A stretch of DNA of 63,953 bases, from assembly GCA_028714275.1 (NCBI GenBank), contig JAQTMP010000001.1, forward strand, positions 1 through 63,953, read 5' to 3'. Shown here one piece after another: positions 26,684 to 34,148 of this stretch. Numbering within the stretch: the stretch's first letter is position 1; each line of letters begins with the position of its first letter. The notes beneath the pieces were generated by a model that was not told the DNA's origin, did no database searches, and worked only from the letters and a program-made list of their open reading frames with translations. The DNA is from Minisyncoccota bacterium (GTDB lineage Bacteria; Patescibacteriota; Minisyncoccia; Phycocordibacterales; CAINVO01). The position numbers and the translations under genes were made by a program.

Positions 26684-26941
26684 CTACTTATATAGAGCAC
26701 TGTGAGTCCCTACCTTGATCAAGATGTATGAGTTCGTTTCAACTTTTTTATAAATCAATCTAATATCCCATGTCACATTAATACTCCTATATAAAGAATA
26801 CTCGCCGTGTAACTGATGATTGTTTAAAATTGACTCAAATTCATTCTTGATTAAAATTTCTAATCGTTCAAGCACTTTGATTTGCTGTTTATGTGGCAAC
26901 TTTTTAAAAAGTCTTTTAAATTCAGGTGAATAAATCAGCAT
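26684..26941 (-). CDS. RelE/YafQ-family type II toxin, copy 2
   Basis: 85 aa ending VGTHSALYK. Clearly alignable by eye to the toxin at 11712-11969. Confidence 0.7.
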   Translation of the reverse strand: MLIYSPEFKRLFKKLPHKQQIKVLERLEILIKNEFESILNNHQLHGEYSLYRSINVTWDIRLIYKKVETNSYILIKVGTHSALYK

Positions 26942-26961
26942 GAGGAGTTTGAAATTGAAAA

Positions 26962-27246
26962 CTAAGACATGAGTTGTCTTGCAAGCTCGTCAATATTTTT
27001 TGCTTTGTAAAAATGACCCTTTTTATACTCTTTCTCAGATCTAGTAATTGAGCGAATTAAGCTAGCTGTAGGACGAGGTGCTATTGAAAAAGTCACTTCC
27101 TTTGAACGAACAAACTGTCTCAGGAAGGCATTTATAACTGTACTCAAAGAGATGCCCATCTCATCAGCGGTTTTTTTTGCATCTAATTTAAGACTCTTAT
27201 CCATTTTTATAGAAATAAGTGTCTTTGTGTGATTGATTGTAGTCAT
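26962..27246 (-). CDS. DinJ/RelB-like antitoxin, copy 2
   Basis: MTTINHTKTLISIKMDKSLKLDAKKTADEMGISLSTVINAFLRQFV. The track ORF (to 27525) runs through element C2 and into rpsG, so the internal ATG at 27246 is used. Confidence 0.65.
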   Translation of the reverse strand: MTTINHTKTLISIKMDKSLKLDAKKTADEMGISLSTVINAFLRQFVRSKEVTFSIAPRPTASLIRSITRSEKEYKKGHFYKAKNIDELARQLMS

Positions 27247-27281
27247 ATACCAAAGTATATACTTTGGTATATTATTGTCAA
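27247..27281 (-). promoter_or_regulatory. Promoter (TTGACA - 16 nt - TATACT) overlapping a perfect 24-bp palindrome ATACCAAAGTATATACTTTGGTAT that abuts the antitoxin ATG; candidate operator and leaderless transcript
   Basis: The palindrome is 27247-27270. The -35 is at 27276-27281 and the -10 at 27254-27259 (plus-strand coordinates). Only 7 nt separate the -10 from the ATG, and no Shine-Dalgarno sequence is visible. Confidence 0.5.
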
Positions 27282-27296
27282 GTAACGTAGTAGTAT

Positions 27297-27409
27297 AAAA
27301 AAACAAAAAACCTCTTGAAGGAGACTCGCGGAGGACGACGGTCCGAGCGTGAGGAAAAAAGTCAGCAGACTTTTTATCCGTTCTCCTGAAAGAGGTTTTT
27401 TGTTTTTTT
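27297..27409. repeat. Hairpin element family C, copy 2 (perfect 20-bp A/T-rich stem, 73-nt loop)
   Basis: Arms are 27297-27316 and 27390-27409. The 58-nt core differs from copy 1 at 3 positions, two of which are a compensatory pair. It ends 3 nt from the rpsG stop. Confidence 0.85.
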
Positions 27410-27412
27410 AAA

Positions 27413-27883
27413 TTACCAAGCCAGGTGGGCAAAAGCCTTGTTGGCCTCGGCCATTTTGTGAGTGTTTTCGCGCTTTTTGACCGCTTCACCTTCGTTTTTG
27501 GATGCGAGGATGATTTCATCAGCAAGCTTGAGATGCATTGGCTGACCCTTTTTAGCTCGAGCAGCGAGAATGATCCATTTCATAGAAAGATGGCTGCGGC
27601 GCTCAGGTCGAACTTCACGGGGAACCTGATAGTTGGCGCCACCAACTCGGCGGGAGCGGACTTCCATAGCCGGAGCGGTGTTGTTGAGAGCTGTATCAAA
27701 AACTTCGAGAGGATTTTCAACTTTTTCCTTTTCTTTAATGGCATCAAAAGCGCCATAGACAATAGCGCGGGCGGCATTTTTCTTGCCTCGTTCCATGACG
27801 TAGTTTACAAACTTCTCAATCTTTTCAGATTTGAAAACTGGATCTGGCTTGACGATATTTCGATTTTTAACTTTTCTTCGCAT
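27413..27883 (-). CDS. rpsG: 30S ribosomal protein S7
   Basis: EVRSRRVGGANYQVPREV...MAEANKAFAHLAW. Confidence 0.95.
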   Translation of the reverse strand: MRRKVKNRNIVKPDPVFKSEKIEKFVNYVMERGKKNAARAIVYGAFDAIKEKEKVENPLEVFDTALNNTAPAMEVRSRRVGGANYQVPREVRPERRSHLSMKWIILAARAKKGQPMHLKLADEIILASKNEGEAVKKRENTHKMAEANKAFAHLAW

Positions 27884-27904
27884 AAATTTTATTTTTCAGA
27901 TTTT

Positions 27905-28321
27905 TTATTTGGCTTTTTTAGGCTTTTTGGTACCGTACATAGAGCGGACCTTGCGGCGCTTTTCCACACCCTGAGTATCGAGCACACCCCGCACAATGGT
28001 GTAACGCACACCGATATCCTTTACCTTTCCCCCTCGAAGGACAACCACTGAGTGTTCCTGGAGATTGTGGCCTTCGCCTGGGATGTAAGCAGTCACTTCC
28101 ATACCGTTGGTCAGACGCACGCGAGCAATTTTTCGAATAGCTGAGTTAGGCTTTTTAGGAGTTTTGGTAGTCACTTTGGTGCAAACACCTCGTTTGAAAG
28201 GAGCGGGATAGTACGTAGGATGATTTTTGATAGCGTTAAAACCCCGAGTCAAAGCAATGGCTTTTGGCTTGCGGGCTGTTTTAGTACGTTTTCGTTTTAG
28301 AAGTTGGTTGACTGTTGGCAT
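27905..28321 (-). CDS. rpsL: 30S ribosomal protein S12
   Basis: [12 protein letters not shown]...[19 protein letters not shown]...LRGGKVKD. Confidence 0.97.
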   Translation of the reverse strand: MPTVNQLLKRKRTKTARKPKAIALTRGFNAIKNHPTYYPAPFKRGVCTKVTTKTPKKPNSAIRKIARVRLTNGMEVTAYIPGEGHNLQEHSVVVLRGGKVKDIGVRYTIVRGVLDTQGVEKRRKVRSMYGTKKPKKAK

Positions 28322-28369
28322 TTGTGTAGTCGCTACTTTACTATGGCTACCTTAAAATTGCAAGTGCGA

Positions 28370-28990
28370 TTAAAAAGTCTGGCCCGTAAAAAGACTGAAA
28401 ATAACGGGCACTACGATGGCGACCAGCCTCCACAGAAAGAAAATATAGAGAAGAATGAGAGGCAATGAATACTTTTCGAGAAATCTACGGAAGGCTCCAG
28501 ATCTATCAGGAACAAGAGAAAAAAGGATTTTTGAGCCATCTAGAGGGGGAATCGGCATTAAATTGAAGACTGCCAAGACAATATTGGTGACTACTATAAG
28601 GGTAATAAAGGAAAGGGTAGCTAAAGGTAAAGAAAGTCCAAATACACCAGTAAAAGCCAGCCTGATAATGGTGCCCCCAATCAAAGCAATAATAAGATTT
28701 GAAAAAGGACCGGCCAGAGCCACGATTGCTTCTCCCCAACGCTGGTTGCGCAAGTTGTAAGGATTGTACGGTACTGGCTTGGCCCAGCCAAACATAATAG
28801 ATCCGGGCAAAAGTGCACATATAATAGGTACAATGACAGAACCGACCGGATCGATATGCTTAATAGGGTTGAGAGTCAGCCGACCTTGTAATTTGGCTGT
28901 CGGATCACCTAGGGATAGAGCGGCCAAGCCATGCGAGACCTCATGGACTACCACAGACATGATAAGTATAGCTAAAGAAAATATAAACAT
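28370..28990 (-). CDS. Site-2 protease family (M50) membrane metalloprotease
   Basis: HEVSHGLAA zinc motif in a multi-TM protein. The start is moved to ATG 28990 (MFIFSLAIL) because the longer ORF overlaps rpmB. Confidence 0.75.
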   Translation of the reverse strand: MFIFSLAILIMSVVVHEVSHGLAALSLGDPTAKLQGRLTLNPIKHIDPVGSVIVPIICALLPGSIMFGWAKPVPYNPYNLRNQRWGEAIVALAGPFSNLIIALIGGTIIRLAFTGVFGLSLPLATLSFITLIVVTNIVLAVFNLMPIPPLDGSKILFSLVPDRSGAFRRFLEKYSLPLILLYIFFLWRLVAIVVPVIFSLFTGQTF

Positions 28991-29042
28991 AATATTTGCA
29001 AAAGGGATATCGCTATGATAGCATGACCAGCACACTAAATAT

Positions 29043-29285
29043 ATGGCTAAAGCTTGTCCAATCACTAAAAAAACATCTCGGATGGGGGGCGGATATTCCA
29101 ACCGTACTCGTGCTACCCAGTACAATCCTACCGGCATGGTCCGTAAATACACCAACCTCCAAAAGAAGAGGATCTACATTCCTGAGCTTAAAAAATTCAT
29201 CACCCTCACTCTCTCTACTAAAGCCATCAAAACCATCCAGAAAAATGGCGCTTTTGCTACCTTGAAGAAGGCGAAGTTGATCTAA
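29043..29285 (+). CDS. rpmB: 50S ribosomal protein L28
   Basis: MAKACPITKKTSRMGGGYSNRTRATQYNPTGMVRKYTNLQKKRIYIPE. 80 aa. Confidence 0.85.
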   Translation: MAKACPITKKTSRMGGGYSNRTRATQYNPTGMVRKYTNLQKKRIYIPELKKFITLTLSTKAIKTIQKNGAFATLKKAKLI

Positions 29286-29343
29286 TTACATTATAAGAAA
29301 GGTGCCCGCTACAGATGTTACATCCAGAAATTGGGATATAGAC

Positions 29344-30690
29344 TTACAACACCGGTTCGTATATTTCTTCTGATTGATTCGGTCTATATTTGAGTGAGGC
29401 CCCATTACTTGAAATATTCTTGAGGGCTTGAACCAGCACATCAATGTCTTTCTTTGTGTTATGGATTCCAATACTTGCCCTCACAATTCCGTAGGACGAG
29501 AGTCTTTTCCCTTTGGCGATTTCTTTTTCGATTTGCGCTTGTTCTGCATCTGAAATATCAAACCATCGACGAACGAGGCGATGATTGCAGATTGTACCTG
29601 CTCGGGTTTCGATGCCATATTCAGCATCGAGAATAGTAGCCAAAAGTGCATGATGGTAGCCCTTGAGATTGAAAGTAATTGTACCTATGCGATTCTCTTT
29701 TTTGTAAGCACTAGGAGATATGTACAAAGTTATGCCGTCTATTGCAGATAACTTGTCGACTGTATAGCTGACCAACTCAGCTTCGTGCTTGTAAATATTT
29801 TTCCATCCTACATTTTCCAAAATGCGACAGCTTTCTGCAAGAGCAACAATTCCTGTCACGTTCCACGTACCCGTCTGATGACGTGACTCTATTGGTGCCC
29901 AAACAACCCTTTCTTCTGAAAGCATGTCGATTGAACCCCCTCCTGGATCAACAGGGTTTCGATTAAGAATACTTGTAGGAAGCACGAGCACTCCGATGCC
30001 AAACGGCGCATATATTTTGTGGGCGGAAAATGCGAGGGCATCAACGCCGTCACTTTTCATTCGTATCTGGCGGTGAGGAGTAAGTTGTGCGGCATCAACA
30101 AATAGTAGGGCATTATACTTATGAGTAAGCCTGACTATCTTCTTTATGTTCGGAACGTATCCAGTAAGGTTCGATGCCCCCGTGATTGCGACCAACTTGA
30201 CCTTATTTTTGTGTAAAAGTATTTTTTTCTCAAAATCTTTATAATCCAAAGCCCCGTCGTGTGTAGAATTCACATAAATGACAGTGGCTTTTGAATTGAA
30301 CCTCCAGGGTAGATTGTTTGAAGTATGCTCAATGTCAGAGGTGAGGATGATATCTCCCTTTTCCAATCTTAGTAGACGAATAAAAAGATTAATTACTGCA
30401 CTGGTGTTGTGCGCAAAAACCATTGACTGATCTTTTCTTGCCTGCAAAAAATCCCTTATTGTTTGCATGGATTCGTGAACGGCCTCGTATGTCTTTTGTG
30501 CATGAGGACCGGCACCTCTATGAAAAGCGCTGTATGTTTCAAGGAAAGTATTTACTTTTTTCAAAGTCTTCTCAAATGGAGGAGTTGTTGCGGCATTATT
30601 AAGCAGCACCACTTTCGCGGTTTTTCCATTATGCAGTTTTATTTTTTTGTCCGTGCCGATTACCCTCGGAAATATATTGCGGAATTTCAT
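29344..30690 (-). CDS. Class V aminotransferase-fold PLP enzyme, cysteine desulfurase-like
   Basis: LLNNAATTP, PLP-lysine context FSAHKIYAPFGIGVL, and Cys loop ETRAGTICNH. Composition is similar to the host backbone. Confidence 0.75.
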   Translation of the reverse strand: MKFRNIFPRVIGTDKKIKLHNGKTAKVVLLNNAATTPPFEKTLKKVNTFLETYSAFHRGAGPHAQKTYEAVHESMQTIRDFLQARKDQSMVFAHNTSAVINLFIRLLRLEKGDIILTSDIEHTSNNLPWRFNSKATVIYVNSTHDGALDYKDFEKKILLHKNKVKLVAITGASNLTGYVPNIKKIVRLTHKYNALLFVDAAQLTPHRQIRMKSDGVDALAFSAHKIYAPFGIGVLVLPTSILNRNPVDPGGGSIDMLSEERVVWAPIESRHQTGTWNVTGIVALAESCRILENVGWKNIYKHEAELVSYTVDKLSAIDGITLYISPSAYKKENRIGTITFNLKGYHHALLATILDAEYGIETRAGTICNHRLVRRWFDISDAEQAQIEKEIAKGKRLSSYGIVRASIGIHNTKKDIDVLVQALKNISSNGASLKYRPNQSEEIYEPVL

Positions 30691-30790
30691 ATTTGATTGT
30701 TAAGTGCCTGCGCACTTTTCTCAGAATTCTAAAAGAATAGAATGCTAGGAAAAGTGCTGGAATAGAGGGCAAGGCCATATTCCAGCATGA

Positions 30791-31693
30791 TTACAACCTC
30801 CTTTCGATCGCTGCTTTATAGACGGCATCCCTGTCTGCCGAGCTGACTACATTCGCGATCTCGAGAACTCTCTCGACCTTCGCGATAGCATCCTCTCTCG
30901 ACAGACGTGGTGTCCGATGCAGACCTTCCCTCAAATACCACTGGCGTGGCGACAAGAGGGAGAAACCCGAATCAGCGACAAGCTTTCGCCATCCGTCTTC
31001 AGGTAGCACTTCCTCCGTCTCGTGACCGAGATAGTGCCGTCGGCTTTTTTCGGGAATCCACGAGGCCATTTGCGCATCGCAGTAGCGGAGTCCTTTGACA
31101 TCAAATTCATTGTATCCGAACTTAGCAAGCTCGGGCAAGAACGATAGGTCGGAGAGTTCCGCTATGTAAGGATGCGAGATGGGCAAAGCTCGAACACCTT
31201 CTTCTTTTGCCAACCGAAGGGTTTCAAGATGCTGTTGCACCGTGACCTTTTCGACTGGCGGATGGTTGCCGGTGATGCCGACGACCAAACAGAAGTTTTC
31301 AATTCGAGCAAGTCTCTTCATCACGTCTCGCTTTATCGGCCACTTCGTTACACACGTCACCAATTTTGCAATAGGCGATACCGTTTCGAAAAAGTGCCAG
31401 AGGAAACGATTGAGCTTCGGCCAGAATGGATCCGTCACTGCCGTAAAACCCACGAAGTCGCCCTCAAGGATCTCGAACGGGAAACGAAAGAATCGGTCCT
31501 GCTCCTCTGCCGAATCAACGATCCACGGAGTGACATTTATGAAGGTCGAGGCTCTGTTTACTCCCGCGATCGGGTTGGTGTTCCAGAGCTCTCGGCGTGC
31601 ATCGTGCTCCGTAATGAAGCAGTATTTGCACGCTACCGGACAGGCTGGTTGACCAGCCTCGAATCTTTGCCCACTACTTATTTTTGTTGGCAT
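30791..31693 (-). CDS. Radical SAM protein, SplB/COG1533-like
   Basis: CX3CX2C motif ACPVACKYCF near the N-terminus, then FTAVTDPFWP and CVTKWPIKRD, resembling the TDPYQP/TKS signature of that family. GC is visibly higher than in the flanks. Confidence 0.65.
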   Translation of the reverse strand: MPTKISSGQRFEAGQPACPVACKYCFITEHDARRELWNTNPIAGVNRASTFINVTPWIVDSAEEQDRFFRFPFEILEGDFVGFTAVTDPFWPKLNRFLWHFFETVSPIAKLVTCVTKWPIKRDVMKRLARIENFCLVVGITGNHPPVEKVTVQQHLETLRLAKEEGVRALPISHPYIAELSDLSFLPELAKFGYNEFDVKGLRYCDAQMASWIPEKSRRHYLGHETEEVLPEDGWRKLVADSGFSLLSPRQWYLREGLHRTPRLSREDAIAKVERVLEIANVVSSADRDAVYKAAIERRL

Positions 31694-32220
31694 TGGCTGA
31701 TCTCCTTTCTGATGGATTGGTTGATTTGTAGTTCGGGCAGTGTTCCATCTATTTCCACATACCGAAACTTTTGCTTGAGATGCGAGAGAAGCTCCGGCAA
31801 ACGATTCACTTCAACAGCGAGACGCGCTTTTGCTTTTGCCAACGCATCGCCTTGACGTTTACGACCGAGCACCCGCTCAATTGCTACTTCCTCCGAAATG
31901 ATCAGATTCACCACGAGGGTGGGATCTACCGGATGAAGCAGAAACTGGTTGAGATTTCTGGGATATCCGTCAAGGATCCAGTTGTCTTGAATGTCCGAAC
32001 CGAGAAGAACCTGGACAGCAAGGTCATCATCGAGCGGTTGCCAGATGTCACCATTGCGTTCGAAATACTCCGCGATTCTTTTTCCAAGATCGTCATCGGC
32101 TTTGAGATGCTTGCGCACCTCATCGCCAATAGAGATATGGGGCACACCGTAACATCGCTGCAACAGTATGCCTTGAGTGCCTTTGCCGGCACCCGGTAAT
32201 CCAATAAGAAGAATTCTCAT
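31678..32220 (-). CDS. Adenylate-kinase-family NMP kinase (second copy in window)
   Basis: MRILLIGLPGAGKGTQGILL...ISIGDEVRK...LDGYPRN. Its 3' end overlaps the radical SAM gene start by 16 nt. GC-shifted. Confidence 0.75.
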   Translation of the reverse strand: MRILLIGLPGAGKGTQGILLQRCYGVPHISIGDEVRKHLKADDDLGKRIAEYFERNGDIWQPLDDDLAVQVLLGSDIQDNWILDGYPRNLNQFLLHPVDPTLVVNLIISEEVAIERVLGRKRQGDALAKAKARLAVEVNRLPELLSHLKQKFRYVEIDGTLPELQINQSIRKEISQCQQK

Positions 32221-32263
32221 ATATACATTATAGAAGAGGGATTGAACCTTTCCTAACCATCTC

Positions 32264-33484
32264 CTAATTTTCGTAGTCGAGGATCCTCGACGGCGACATG
32301 CCGACCGTGACCCGAAACTCTGGCGGAAGCACGTCCTTAAACATTGCCAAGAAGCAGTAGCTGCACTTGAAACAATGTTCTTTGGCGCGATACTCGCTCC
32401 AGACCATCCATGAATTCACTCCGTAGAGCGAACCATGTCCGGACACGCCGTCAGGCATCTTGAAGCGAGGGTGGAGTCTGACTGCCGATGTCTCACCGGG
32501 TGCTATGTGTGGATCCGTCGCCAACATTCCGCCAGTTATAAATCTGGCAAGACTCATCTCTCCCCATGAAGGTGTTTGGCCATCATGAGTTCTGATGTTG
32601 ATATACGGCGTTCCGTATTTGGCAGGCGAAACCGGACAGTTCGTGCAACACAGGCTGCACTGACTTCTCACTTCGACATTACAGTTCTTGTAGCGTTCCG
32701 AGGCGGTATGGACTTCAACCTTGAAGCCGAGGTAACGAAGCAATTCGACAGAGCCCGGTAATGGTTGTGCAAACTGAGCTTGCCCCGCACAAGTGCTCTG
32801 AATGGGACATAGATCGCAACGCACGAACTTTGCAGCGGTGTGGTACGGATTCAAGCTTCTCTTTTTACCGAGAAGCGATGAAATCGCACACTGGGTTCTT
32901 ACCCAGTAAGGAATTTTCAACTCACCTGCAAGCTCGCGCATATATTCTGCGGTTGCCTGAGGAGTGAGTTTCAAAGTCTTCATCCACTGTTGACCGTCTG
33001 GCGCTGCAATGTGTTCCAGTCCGCTGGCGATCACGACATCATGACTTCCTCGGAAACCGGAAGAAATGATTGCGTTGCAACCAGCATCGACGCTTTTGCG
33101 GAAGATTCGCCCGATCGTTTCCTTGTCATCATTCACGGTATGAATGATCGGACGGACATACGATACCGACCATGCTCCGCACTCGCGTGCGGCTTGCAGT
33201 GTTCTGTAGCGATGTTCCGTTCCCATTGGCTCCATTTCTTTCGGGAGTTCCGAGATAGAAGCAAAGACAAAGAGGTTGAGATTTTCTGCCCAATGCGTCA
33301 GACGTTCACGCCACCATGGCGTGTCGAGGTTCCCTTTGGTAATGATGCCAACGGGACCGGTGTGCTTGTCTGCCACCAAGGCATCAAGCTTTGCCGCAGT
33401 CGAATCCCGAAGGATGACTGGATCTGCCAAGTTGTTTATACTCACGGGCAGATTACGCAGGAGTGTTCGATATGTTTCTTTCAC
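32264..33484 (-). CDS. Cys-rich radical-SAM-like protein lacking the N-terminal cluster motif
   Basis: NLADPVI and GIITKGNL echo the SplB-like barrel motifs, but there is no N-terminal CX3CX2C. The C-terminal half carries CDLCPIQSTC, CNVEVRSQCSLCCTNC and HCFKCSYCF. GC-shifted. Confidence 0.5.
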   Translation of the reverse strand: MKETYRTLLRNLPVSINNLADPVILRDSTAAKLDALVADKHTGPVGIITKGNLDTPWWRERLTHWAENLNLFVFASISELPKEMEPMGTEHRYRTLQAARECGAWSVSYVRPIIHTVNDDKETIGRIFRKSVDAGCNAIISSGFRGSHDVVIASGLEHIAAPDGQQWMKTLKLTPQATAEYMRELAGELKIPYWVRTQCAISSLLGKKRSLNPYHTAAKFVRCDLCPIQSTCAGQAQFAQPLPGSVELLRYLGFKVEVHTASERYKNCNVEVRSQCSLCCTNCPVSPAKYGTPYINIRTHDGQTPSWGEMSLARFITGGMLATDPHIAPGETSAVRLHPRFKMPDGVSGHGSLYGVNSWMVWSEYRAKEHCFKCSYCFLAMFKDVLPPEFRVTVGMSPSRILDYEN

Positions 33485-33655
33485 GGGAAAGTCCTTTCTG
33501 TTTGGGTTGTGTGACAGGATCTGAAAGTGGTTGTAATTTCAAAGAGCTTACAGTTATATCTGTAAAACAAAATTAACCGGGGCACATGCCCTTCGTAACG
33601 TAGAACTCTTCTGGTAGAATTGTAGTATATTTACTAACCATAATATAATTTACAT

Positions 33656-33916
33656 ATGAAAATAGAAAAGAAATTGAGAAAAGAATATTTTGAAAAGTTA
33701 CTTGCGGGAGAACAAAATTGTGATATGAAACTTGCTGATTTTGAATGCAATACTGGTGATGTCATTGTATACAAAGAATGGGATGGTGATACAAAAGAAT
33801 ACACAGGACGAACATTAGAGAAGACCGTCAGTGACATTGTACGAAGTCCTCGACCACGAACATGGTCAAATGAAGATATTGAAAAGTTTGGATTCATGAC
33901 AATTTATTTAAAATAA
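33656..33916 (+). CDS. DUF3850/ASCH-like small PUA-fold protein
   Basis: LRKEYFEKLLAGEQNCDMKLADFECNTGDVIVYKEWD...EYTGRTL matches the DUF3850 pattern as remembered. 86 aa. Confidence 0.55.
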   Translation: MKIEKKLRKEYFEKLLAGEQNCDMKLADFECNTGDVIVYKEWDGDTKEYTGRTLEKTVSDIVRSPRPRTWSNEDIEKFGFMTIYLK

Positions 33917-33974
33917 CTTTTAGCTTTCGTCCTTTCGGACTCATCAGTCGGGATACACATCCCGAGAGCAAAGG
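33917..33974 (-). ncRNA. Hammerhead self-cleaving ribozyme, type III topology
   Basis: The minus strand reads CCUUUGCUC|UCGGGAU-GUGU-AUCCCGA-CUGAUGA-GUCC-GAAA-GGAC-GAAA-GCUAAAAG. The complete conserved core is present: CUGAUGA, GAA, the A15.1-U16.1 pair, the G10.1-C11.1 pair and C17. Helix I has 7 bp and helix II 4 bp. The predicted cut is between 33966 and 33965. Confidence 0.8.
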
Positions 33975-34056
33975 ATGTATTTCTACATCCTCGCAAAGTT
34001 TATTTCTAAACTTCACTTGCGACTAAATCGCCAATGCCTTTCGGCTGAGATTTGGC
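33973..34056 (-). ncRNA. Three consecutive GAAA (GNRA) tetraloop hairpins directly 5' of the hammerhead
   Basis: Minus-strand hairpins are GGAUGUA-GAAA-UACAUCC (33973-33990), AAGUUUA-GAAA-UAAACUU (33996-34013), and GCC-GAAA-GGC nested in GCCAA/UUGGC (34030-34056). Confidence 0.55.
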
Positions 34057-34148
34057 ATATGCCGGGTTCTCTACAGGAGGGTTGATGTTCCTGTGACCCA
34101 ATCTATTTGCAGATGCAAGGAGATATATCCCTTAGTCCTCCCCGAAGG

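Noticed and set aside
26962-27525. 187-aa version of the antitoxin ORF; likewise the long versions of the M50 protease (to 29155), adk (to 7361), L29 (to 14988), RsmE (to 62310) and DGR target 2 (to 58295)
   Set aside because: The N-terminal extensions run through hairpin elements or into neighbouring real genes (rpsG, rpmB, rplP). Internal ATGs give proteins that start at the conserved N-termini.
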